Source: a bacterium (GTDB lineage: Bacteria; Ratteibacteria; UBA8468; B48-G9; DTJG01). From it: a DNA stretch of 64,000 bases. The notes below the pieces were generated by a model that worked only from the letters and a program-made list of their open reading frames with translations, was not told where the DNA came from and ran no database searches. Below, piece by piece: positions 25,908 to 33,611 of the stretch. The stretch's first letter is position 1; each line of letters begins with the position of its first letter. The position numbers were made by a program, and so were the translations under genes. The DNA lies in the NCBI GenBank assembly GCA_021800535.1, contig JAJYYV010000002.1, positions 25,620 through 89,619 of the forward strand, given 5' to 3'.

Positions 25908-27803
25908 ATGTGTGCAATATGCGGAATAATTAAAAAAGATGGCAGAATAGAAGACTGGATTTTAAAAAAAATGACAGAAATTATGTCTTATAGAGGCCCT
26001 GATGATGAAGGTTTTTATATCAAAGAAAATGCGGGTTTTGGACATAAAAGATTAAGCATTATTGACCTTAAAACAGGAAGACAGCCTTTTACCAATGAAG
26101 ATAATTCAATACATCTTATATGCAATGGAGAAATATATAACTTTCAGGAGGCAAGAGAACAATTAATAAAAAAAGGCCATAGGTTTGCCACAGGGTCAGA
26201 TAATGAAGTAATAATTCATCTCTATGAAGAAAAAGGAGTTGACTGCCTAAAAGATTTAAGAGGGATGTTTGCTTTTGCTATATGGGATGAAAAAGAAAAA
26301 ACTCTCTTTTTAGCAAGAGACAGACTTGGTAAAAAACCTCTGGTTTACTCTTTATTTAATAATTCTATTATATTTGCTTCGGAAATCAAGGCAATTCTTC
26401 AACATCCTGAAATCAAAAAAGATATTAATCCGGAAAGTATTGATATCTTTTTAAGTTATCAGGCTATACCCTCTCCTTTTACAATATTCAAAAATATAAA
26501 AAAGATTCCGTCTGCCTCATATCTTATATGGAAAAACGGAAATATTACAATTGAAAAATATTGGGATATAAATTTCAACAAAAAGATTAAATTAAAAAAT
26601 ACCATAGAATATGAGGAATTATTATGGGAAAAACTAACAGAAGCAACTAAACTAAGGATGATTTCAGATGTTCCTTTAGGAGCTTTTTTAAGTGGGGGGG
26701 TAGACTCTTCAACTATTGTTGGGATAATGAGTCAGGCTTCGTCTTCTGTAAAAACTTTTTCAATAGGATTTAGTGAAAAGGATTATAGTGAACTAAACTA
26801 TGCAAGAACAGTGGCATCACATTTTGGAACAGAGCATCGGCAGTTTATTGTCACCCCTGATATTATAAAAATCCTTCCTAAACTTGTCTGGTATTATAAT
26901 GAACCATTTGGAGATTCTTCTATGGTTCCTACATACTACATGGCTCAACAAACAAAAAAATATGTGACTGTGGCATTAAATGGCGATGGCGGAGATGAAA
27001 ATTTTGCAGGGTACACAAGATATTGGCAGGCTATTTTTATGCAGAAATTTTTTGGTATGTATATAAAATACCCCAAACAGATTAAAAAAATACTATCTTC
27101 TTTATTGCAAAGCAATAATGTATTTTCCAAAAATAAAATCTCAAAAACTTTACAGTATTTTGAAGAAACAAAAAAATATTACAGAAACAATATTTATTCA
27201 AGATTACTTGTTTCATTCCCAGAATCTAAAAAAGACCAACTATATTCTGTTGATATGAAAGAAAATTTAAAGGATTTTTCTTCTGTAGGCTATTTGCAGG
27301 GAATATGGGAAAAAACTGATAATCTTGATTTTATTGAAAAAATGCTTTATACAGATTTTAATTTTTATATTCCTGAGGTATTGATGGTAAAAATGGATAT
27401 TGCAACAATGTCAAATGCTTTAGAAGCAAGGAGTCCCTTTTTAGACCACCTGTTTATTGAAACTATTGCGCAATTTCCTGCTGAATTGAAATTTAAGAGA
27501 TGGGCATCAAAGTATATTTTGAAACAAAAGCTAAAAAATTTTCTGCCGGAAGAGATTTTAAAAAGAAAAAAAATGGGATTTGGAATTCCTTTGGCTGAAT
27601 GGTTTAGAACCGAAATGAAACACTATATTACTGATAATTTATTAAATGAAAAATGTTTATCCAGGGGATATTTTATTCCTGATGAAATTAAACAAATTGT
27701 TAAAGAACATATTTCAGGACAAACAAATCATTCAGGCCGTTTATGGTTATTGTTAAATCTTGAGTTATGGCATAGAATATTTATAGATGGAGAGAATTTA
27801 TAA
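25908..27803 (+). CDS. asparagine synthase family glutamine amidotransferase (AsnB-like)
   Basis: 631 aa. N-terminal nucleophile context MCAICGI and the PP-loop SGGVDSS in the synthetase domain. Confidence 0.9.
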   Translation: MCAICGIIKKDGRIEDWILKKMTEIMSYRGPDDEGFYIKENAGFGHKRLSIIDLKTGRQPFTNEDNSIHLICNGEIYNFQEAREQLIKKGHRFATGSDNEVIIHLYEEKGVDCLKDLRGMFAFAIWDEKEKTLFLARDRLGKKPLVYSLFNNSIIFASEIKAILQHPEIKKDINPESIDIFLSYQAIPSPFTIFKNIKKIPSASYLIWKNGNITIEKYWDINFNKKIKLKNTIEYEELLWEKLTEATKLRMISDVPLGAFLSGGVDSSTIVGIMSQASSSVKTFSIGFSEKDYSELNYARTVASHFGTEHRQFIVTPDIIKILPKLVWYYNEPFGDSSMVPTYYMAQQTKKYVTVALNGDGGDENFAGYTRYWQAIFMQKFFGMYIKYPKQIKKILSSLLQSNNVFSKNKISKTLQYFEETKKYYRNNIYSRLLVSFPESKKDQLYSVDMKENLKDFSSVGYLQGIWEKTDNLDFIEKMLYTDFNFYIPEVLMVKMDIATMSNALEARSPFLDHLFIETIAQFPAELKFKRWASKYILKQKLKNFLPEEILKRKKMGFGIPLAEWFRTEMKHYITDNLLNEKCLSRGYFIPDEIKQIVKEHISGQTNHSGRLWLLLNLELWHRIFIDGENL

Positions 27804-29043
27804 TATGAATAATAAAAACAGGATAATTTATTTATTAGGTGTATTTTTTATTGCCTTGATTATAAGAATTATTTTTATCCATACACTTAATAATAAAATC
27901 AATGTATGGGGGGATTGGTGGAGCGGCCTGGGCTGGCAATTGGCAACAGGCAAAGGGTTTTGGGTGGCAAATCCATTTTTCCATAAAGGCCCTGTTTTTT
28001 ATGCATGGAGGGACCCCGGTTTTCCTTTCTTTTTATCAATAATATATAGAATATTTGGACATAATTATTTAGCAGCAAAAATAGGACTGGCAGTTTTAAG
28101 TTCTTTAAGTGCTGTTTTACTTTATTTTACTGGTAAAATCTTGGCAAATGAAAGGGTTGGAATTATTAGTTCATTAATTTATGTCTTTTATCCGGCAGCA
28201 ATATTCTGGACAGGTTTTCTTGCTCCGGAAACACTTATTATTCCTATATTACTTGCTTTCTCTTTATGTTTTCTTTCCGGAGAAAAATTTAAAAATAGTT
28301 ATATGTTTTTCTTTGCCGGAGTTTTTTTAGGCTTAGGAGTCTTAACTTTTTCTTTATTTTTGGTTATTTTACCTGTAATTTTTATTTATATTTTAATTAA
28401 AAATAAAAGATTATTCATAAAAGGATTTTTAATTCCACTGGTAAGCTGTTTTTTAGTTGTTTCCCCATGGATAATGAGAAATTATAAAATTTATAAAATA
28501 TTTCTTTTAACTTCAACAGAAGGAGGAATAGTTGCCTATATAGCAAATAATCATTTATCTATTTCTCAACCAACAGGATATTGGAATCCTCCTGTAGGAT
28601 ATTTTCAAAAGCTTAAAGGATATTCAGAAATTAAAATAGACAGATACCTTTATTTTAAAACTCTTTCGTTTATTAAAAAACATCCTAAAATATATCTTTC
28701 TCTTGTCGGAGAAAGAATTATAAGATTCTGGAGATTTTATCCACATACATTTTCAGGACCAGGAAAAAGTAATTATTATAAAAAATATGTTCTGGCAAGT
28801 TTATTTACTATTGGACTGCTTTTACTTGTTTCTTTCTGGGGAATAATACTATCTTTTATTAAAAACAGATGGAAAGATTTTTTATTGTTATATCTTTTAA
28901 TATTTGCATGGTCAGCACCATTGATTTTATTTTTTAAAGTGGTAATCAGATATAGAGAACCAATTATGCCCTATATGATAATTTTTGCTTCACTGGTTAT
29001 TAATCAACTATTAGATAGAAAGAAAAAATATGTGGAAAAATAA
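27787..29043 (+). CDS. GT-C fold membrane glycosyltransferase (ArnT/PMT_2-like), variant first-loop motif
   Basis: 418 aa polytopic protein with about 10 hydrophobic segments. Its first loop reads VWGDWWSG rather than the Asp-Glu pair seen in the other four paralogs. The start may be the ATG at 27805, 1 nt after the asnB-like stop. Confidence 0.55.
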   Translation: MERIYNMNNKNRIIYLLGVFFIALIIRIIFIHTLNNKINVWGDWWSGLGWQLATGKGFWVANPFFHKGPVFYAWRDPGFPFFLSIIYRIFGHNYLAAKIGLAVLSSLSAVLLYFTGKILANERVGIISSLIYVFYPAAIFWTGFLAPETLIIPILLAFSLCFLSGEKFKNSYMFFFAGVFLGLGVLTFSLFLVILPVIFIYILIKNKRLFIKGFLIPLVSCFLVVSPWIMRNYKIYKIFLLTSTEGGIVAYIANNHLSISQPTGYWNPPVGYFQKLKGYSEIKIDRYLYFKTLSFIKKHPKIYLSLVGERIIRFWRFYPHTFSGPGKSNYYKKYVLASLFTIGLLLLVSFWGIILSFIKNRWKDFLLLYLLIFAWSAPLILFFKVVIRYREPIMPYMIIFASLVINQLLDRKKKYVEK

Positions 29044-29746
29044 AAAAATTTCTGTAATTTTCCCAACTTATAATGAAAAAGATTCAATAAAAAATTCTAT
29101 AGAAGATTTCTTTTCTTCTGGTTTTGTTGATGAAATAATTGTTATTAATAATAATGCGAAAGCAGGAACAGATGAAGAAGTAAAAAAAACCAAAGCGCGT
29201 ATTATATATGAAAAAAAACAGGGTTATGGATATGCCATATGGAAAGGATTAGAACAAACCTCAGGAGATTATATTATAATTTCAGAACCTGATGGCACAT
29301 TTTCAGGCAGAGATGTAATAAAACTTCTTGCATATAGTGATGATTTTGATTATGTTATTGGAACAAGGACAACTGAGGAATTAATATGGCAGGGGGCAAA
29401 TATGGATTTTTTTCTTAAATGGGGAAATTGGTTTACAGGAAAAATTATTGAATTTCTATACAATACAACATCTTTAACTGATGTAGGATGCACCATGAGA
29501 TTAATTAAAAGACCAGCATATGAAAAAATTAAAAGATTTTTTACTGTAGGTAAGCAACATTTTGGGCCGGAAATGACACTTCTTATTATAAAATCCGGTA
29601 TAAAATTTATTGAAATACCTGTAAATTATAAACCAAGAATTGGAACTTCATCTGTCACTGGAAGTAAAAAAAAAGCATTTTTTCTTGGACTTAAAATGAT
29701 ATTATTAATTTTTAGATATAGATTTAAAAAAATTAAACTTGACTGA
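29030..29746 (+). CDS. short GT2 glycosyltransferase (Dpm1/ArnC-like, candidate polyprenyl-phosphate sugar synthase)
   Basis: 238 aa. Motifs ISVIFPTYNEKDSI and ISEPDGTF (the DxD position). No full transmembrane segment. Confidence 0.75.
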   Translation: MWKNKKISVIFPTYNEKDSIKNSIEDFFSSGFVDEIIVINNNAKAGTDEEVKKTKARIIYEKKQGYGYAIWKGLEQTSGDYIIISEPDGTFSGRDVIKLLAYSDDFDYVIGTRTTEELIWQGANMDFFLKWGNWFTGKIIEFLYNTTSLTDVGCTMRLIKRPAYEKIKRFFTVGKQHFGPEMTLLIIKSGIKFIEIPVNYKPRIGTSSVTGSKKKAFFLGLKMILLIFRYRFKKIKLD

Positions 29747-30479
29747 ATGTAGGAAGAAAAAAATGATACTTGCATATCACAGAATAAATCCATGGTATGA
29801 AAATGATGCGCTTACAGTAAGACCTGAGGACTTTGAAAGGCAAATTAAATATCTGCAAAAAAAAGGATATAAATTTGTTTCTCTAAAGGAATATATTGCC
29901 ATAAAAACTGAAAAAGGACAGAGACAACATAAGATTTGTTGTTTTACTTTTGATGATGGATTTGCTGATAATCTATGGTTTGCTGCACCCATACTTGAAA
30001 AATACAAAATACCCGCAGTAATTTTTATTGCCGTAATGTTCATAGGAATAAAACAGGTACTTCCAAGATACAAAGATACTGAAAAAGACAGGTTTTTAAG
30101 ATGGGAAGAAGTAAAAAAAATGGCAGATTCAGGTATCCTGTTTGGTTCTCATGCTTTAACCCATCCGCGTCTTACACAAATTGATGATTCTCAAGCCTAT
30201 AATGAAATTATAAAATCAAAAGAAATTATAAAAGAAAAAATTGGTAAAGAGGCTGAATATTTTTGCTATCCATTTGGCGATATAAACCAAAATATTATAT
30301 CATTAGTGAAAAAAGCCGGTTATAAAGCTGCGGTATTAACTTATAAAAAAAATATACCTGAAAATTTATTTACTTTGCGTAGAACAGGTATTTATGGTAA
30401 AAATAACTTTTTTATTTATAGGATAAAAATATGGCGGACATACCTGAGAGAAAAAAAATCTGGATTATCTTTGGATTAA
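29739..30479 (+). CDS. NodB-homology polysaccharide deacetylase (ArnD-like position)
   Basis: 246 aa. Motif 1 is FTFDDGFADN and motif 2 is GSHALTHP. Overlaps both neighbouring genes. Confidence 0.85.
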   Translation: MTECRKKKMILAYHRINPWYENDALTVRPEDFERQIKYLQKKGYKFVSLKEYIAIKTEKGQRQHKICCFTFDDGFADNLWFAAPILEKYKIPAVIFIAVMFIGIKQVLPRYKDTEKDRFLRWEEVKKMADSGILFGSHALTHPRLTQIDDSQAYNEIIKSKEIIKEKIGKEAEYFCYPFGDINQNIISLVKKAGYKAAVLTYKKNIPENLFTLRRTGIYGKNNFFIYRIKIWRTYLREKKSGLSLD

Positions 30480-31645
30480 GCTTTCTTATACGATTGTTTT
30501 TTATATTTACTTTAAAAAATCATTTTTATTTTAGTGATGAACCCCAGAATGAAATAATGATTGTAAATTTTCTTCTGGGAAAAGGACTTATTATATCAAG
30601 CAATCTTAAAGCATTCAGGCCACCTCTTTATCCAATTTTTGCCAGCATGTTCTTTTACAATTCAGGACTTTGGGGGGTACGTTTTGCCCAATGTTTTGTT
30701 GGTGCTTTAACATCTGTTTTTATCTACTTAATTGGTAAAAAAATATTTTCCACAAGAATAGGATGGATTGCCGGCATTATAAGTTGTTTTTATCCTTTTT
30801 TAATTTTTTACACAGGATTTTTATTGACTGATGCCCTTGCTATATTACTGACTGTTATAAGTATATGGTGCCTAATTCATCTTGTTCCATTAGATAACCA
30901 GGATAAAAGCAAACAAAATCTTCTACTTTTTTCCATTCTTTCAGGAATAAGTTTAGGACTTGCCGGACTGGAAAGACCAACAATGGAAGCTTTTGTGCCT
31001 TTTGTTTTGTTTTTCATTCTTTCATTTAGGGAATCATGGATAAGAAAAATTAAAAAAATTGTTATTATATCTGTCTTTTTTACTTTAACGCTTTCCCCCT
31101 GGATAATACGAAATTATATTATATTCCATGAATTCATCCCAGGAACCACTATGGGAAGCCGGGTTTTCTGGGAAGGAAACAACCCTTATTCCATAGGCGG
31201 ACCAAGTTCTTATTTCCCCCAGCAGAAATTAAAGAATAAAACAGAAATACAGATGCAACATATCTATCTTGCAGATACAATACAGGTTATAAAAACAAAT
31301 CCAAAAAGATTTTTATGGCTTCTGTGGAATAAATTCAAGAGATTCTGGGCTGTTGTTCCAAATACAAAATTATATTCAAGTCCAAAGTATAAAATGGTTA
31401 GCGTTTTTTCCTTTGGCATACTACTGCCATTTTTTATTATTGGATTTTTCCTGACTTTAAGAAATAAAAAAGTGCAGTTTTTACATCTAATTATTATATT
31501 TTTCACACTTTTCCACATGGTTTTGCTTGCCTCTATAATATATAGGGCACCAATAGAACCATTTATTATTATTATTGCTGTAGTGGGATTTTTATGGTTA
31601 AAAGATAAAATTTATGAAATTAAGTATCATAATACCGGTGTATAA
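30431..31645 (+). CDS. GT-C fold membrane glycosyltransferase (ArnT/PMT_2-like)
   Basis: 404 aa, polytopic. Asp-Glu pair in the first loop (YFSDEPQNE, D36-E37). Lies between the deacetylase and a short GT2. Confidence 0.65.
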   Translation: MADIPERKKIWIIFGLSFLIRLFFIFTLKNHFYFSDEPQNEIMIVNFLLGKGLIISSNLKAFRPPLYPIFASMFFYNSGLWGVRFAQCFVGALTSVFIYLIGKKIFSTRIGWIAGIISCFYPFLIFYTGFLLTDALAILLTVISIWCLIHLVPLDNQDKSKQNLLLFSILSGISLGLAGLERPTMEAFVPFVLFFILSFRESWIRKIKKIVIISVFFTLTLSPWIIRNYIIFHEFIPGTTMGSRVFWEGNNPYSIGGPSSYFPQQKLKNKTEIQMQHIYLADTIQVIKTNPKRFLWLLWNKFKRFWAVVPNTKLYSSPKYKMVSVFSFGILLPFFIIGFFLTLRNKKVQFLHLIIIFFTLFHMVLLASIIYRAPIEPFIIIIAVVGFLWLKDKIYEIKYHNTGV

Positions 31646-32306
31646 TGAAAAAAATACAATATTAAAAATCATTGAAAAAGTAAACAATGTCCCTCTGGAA
31701 AAAGAGATTATTGTTGTTGATGATGGAAGCACTGATGGAACAAGAAATATTTTAAAAAATATTCAAAATACACCTACCTCATCACAAAATCTAAAAATAA
31801 TTTTTAAAGATAAAAATGAAGGAAAAGGTTCAGCAATAAGACAGGGGCTAAAGGAAGTAGCCGGAGATATTGTTACAATTCAGGACGCTGATTTGGAATA
31901 CGAACCAATGGATTTTTTATCTCTTATAAAACCTATAGAAAACTCCCAGACAAAAATTGTGTATGGTTCACGGCTTCTTGGAAGAGGAACAAAATCATCA
32001 TTGATGTTTTACTTGGGTGGACGTCTTCTTTCCTTTCTTGCCAATATTCTTTATGGACAAAAAATTACTGATGAACCAACCTGTTATAAGGTATTTAAAA
32101 CAGAACTGATAAAATCTATACCCTTAAAATGTAAAAGATTTGAATTCTGTCCGGAAATAACAGCTAAAGTAATGAAAAGAGGATATAAAATAGTAGAGCT
32201 GCCCATTCATTATAATCCACGAAGTATAAGTGAAGGAAAAAAAATAAGACTCAAAGATGGCATATCTGCAATCTGGACATTACTGAAATATAAATTTATT
32301 GATTAA
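31614..32306 (+). CDS. short GT2 glycosyltransferase (Dpm1-like)
   Basis: 230 aa. Motifs LSIIIPVYNEKNTI, VVDDGSTDGT and IQDADLEY. Confidence 0.8.
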   Translation: MKLSIIIPVYNEKNTILKIIEKVNNVPLEKEIIVVDDGSTDGTRNILKNIQNTPTSSQNLKIIFKDKNEGKGSAIRQGLKEVAGDIVTIQDADLEYEPMDFLSLIKPIENSQTKIVYGSRLLGRGTKSSLMFYLGGRLLSFLANILYGQKITDEPTCYKVFKTELIKSIPLKCKRFEFCPEITAKVMKRGYKIVELPIHYNPRSISEGKKIRLKDGISAIWTLLKYKFID

Positions 32307-32309
32307 AAT

Positions 32310-32357
32310 GGACAAATTGTAAATATAATTGACAATCTGTCCGATTAGTATTATATT
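32310..32357 (+). promoter_or_regulatory. palindromic operator plus promoter of ATPase gene 1
   Basis: GACAAATT (32311-32318), N15, then AATcTGTC (32334-32341). TTGACA at 32329-32334, a 17-nt spacer, TATATT at 32352-32357. Only 6 nt to the ATG at 32364 and no Shine-Dalgarno. Confidence 0.5.
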
Positions 32358-32363
32358 TCTTTT

Positions 32364-33539
32364 ATGGAAAAATTAATCAAAAGAGATGCAGAAAAAACTT
32401 TAAAACATCTTACCTCAAAATTTCCTGTTATAGCAGTCGTTGGTCCCCGGCAATCAGGGAAAACCACTCTTGTAAAAAAAGTTTTTCCTAAAAGGAGATA
32501 TGTTTCTTTAGAAACTCCTGATATAAGAAGTTTTGCTTTAAATGACCCAAGAGCTTTTCTTAAAACTTATAGACAGGGTAGTATTATTGATGAAATTCAG
32601 CGGGTTCCTGATTTATTATCTTATATTCAAACTATAGTGGATGAAAAAGATGCCCCTGGAGGATATATTATTACAGGTTCTCAAAATTTTCTTCTTCATG
32701 AAAAAATTTCTCAAACCCTTGCAGGCCGGGTAGCATTATTAACACTTCTTCCCCTATCTTTATCTGAACTTCAGGAAACCAGATATAAAATGAAAAAATC
32801 CTGGGATTACATTATAAAAGGATTTTATCCCCGGGTATATAGCAAAAACATCGCTCCTGGCGAATGGTTTTCCAATTATATTCAAACATATATTGAACGG
32901 GATATCCGTTTACTAAAAAATATTACAGATATTGATACCTTTCAACGATTTATTAAATTATGTGCTGGCAGAACAGGTCAAATATTAAATTATTCTTCTC
33001 TGGCAAACGATTGTGGGATTAGTCATAATACTGCACGAGCATGGTTATCAATATTAGAAACCAGCTACATTATTTTTAAAGTTCAGCCATATTATAAAAA
33101 TTTCAATAAACGTATTATAAAAATGCCCAAAATATATTTTTATGATACAGGAATATTAAGTTTTTTACTTGGAATAAAAAATGCACACCAGATAGAACTT
33201 CATTATTTAAAAGGGGCTTTATTTGAAACATTTGTTATTGCGGAAATATATAAATTTTATTTAAACAAAGGATTCCACCCTGATTTATATTACTGGCATG
33301 ATAAAACAGGACATGAAATTGATTTGATTATTGAACAGGGAAATAAAACCTTTGCTATTGAAATAAAATCAGCTGAAACAATAGTTGGAGATTTTTTTAC
33401 AGGAATAAAATATTGGAATTCAATATCTCATAATTTTTCCAAAAATAATTTTATTATTTACAATGGAAACACTGAACAGGAAAGAGATAATATAAAAATT
33501 ATAAACTGGCAAAATTTATCAGAAATTCCTTTAAAATAA
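32364..33539 (+). CDS. AAA ATPase with HTH and C-terminal PD-(D/E)xK-like domain (COG1373 / DUF4143-type)
   Basis: 391 aa. Walker A GPRQSGKTT, Walker B IIDEIQ and an HTH-like segment GISHNTARAWLSILE. C-terminal HEIDLII...FAIEIKS fits a D...ExK nuclease motif. Confidence 0.75.
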   Translation: MEKLIKRDAEKTLKHLTSKFPVIAVVGPRQSGKTTLVKKVFPKRRYVSLETPDIRSFALNDPRAFLKTYRQGSIIDEIQRVPDLLSYIQTIVDEKDAPGGYIITGSQNFLLHEKISQTLAGRVALLTLLPLSLSELQETRYKMKKSWDYIIKGFYPRVYSKNIAPGEWFSNYIQTYIERDIRLLKNITDIDTFQRFIKLCAGRTGQILNYSSLANDCGISHNTARAWLSILETSYIIFKVQPYYKNFNKRIIKMPKIYFYDTGILSFLLGIKNAHQIELHYLKGALFETFVIAEIYKFYLNKGFHPDLYYWHDKTGHEIDLIIEQGNKTFAIEIKSAETIVGDFFTGIKYWNSISHNFSKNNFIIYNGNTEQERDNIKIINWQNLSEIPLK

Positions 33540-33543
33540 TTAT

Positions 33544-33605
33544 AAGACAAATTTGAATTAATAATGCAAATTTGTCTTGACATATCTTGCCTTTAATGAT
33601 ATAAA
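33544..33605 (+). promoter_or_regulatory. palindromic operator plus promoter of ATPase gene 2
   Basis: Perfect 12-nt arms AAGACAAATTTG (33544-33555) and CAAATTTGTCTT (33567-33578) with an 11-nt spacer. TTGACA at 33577-33582, a 17-nt spacer, TATAAA at 33600-33605. 6 nt to the ATG at 33612. Confidence 0.55.
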
Positions 33606-33611
33606 TAAAAT

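Noticed and set aside
27805-27817. Third copy of the 13-mer ATGAATAATAAAA, at the likely start of the GT-C gene at 27787/27805.
   Set aside because: It is not a cassette boundary. It most likely reflects the shared MNNK N-terminus of GT-C paralogs. I record it because it weakens the statistical weight of the 13-nt repeat flanking the VapB-PIN cassette.
32294-32319. Possible degenerate direct repeat flanking the ATPase pair: 32294-32319 versus 34831-34856, about 69% ungapped identity by hand count. The right copy starts just after the ATG of the methyltransferase gene.
   Set aside because: It is too short and too degenerate in AT-rich DNA to claim a target duplication. I mention it only as a weak parallel to the TA cassette flanks.
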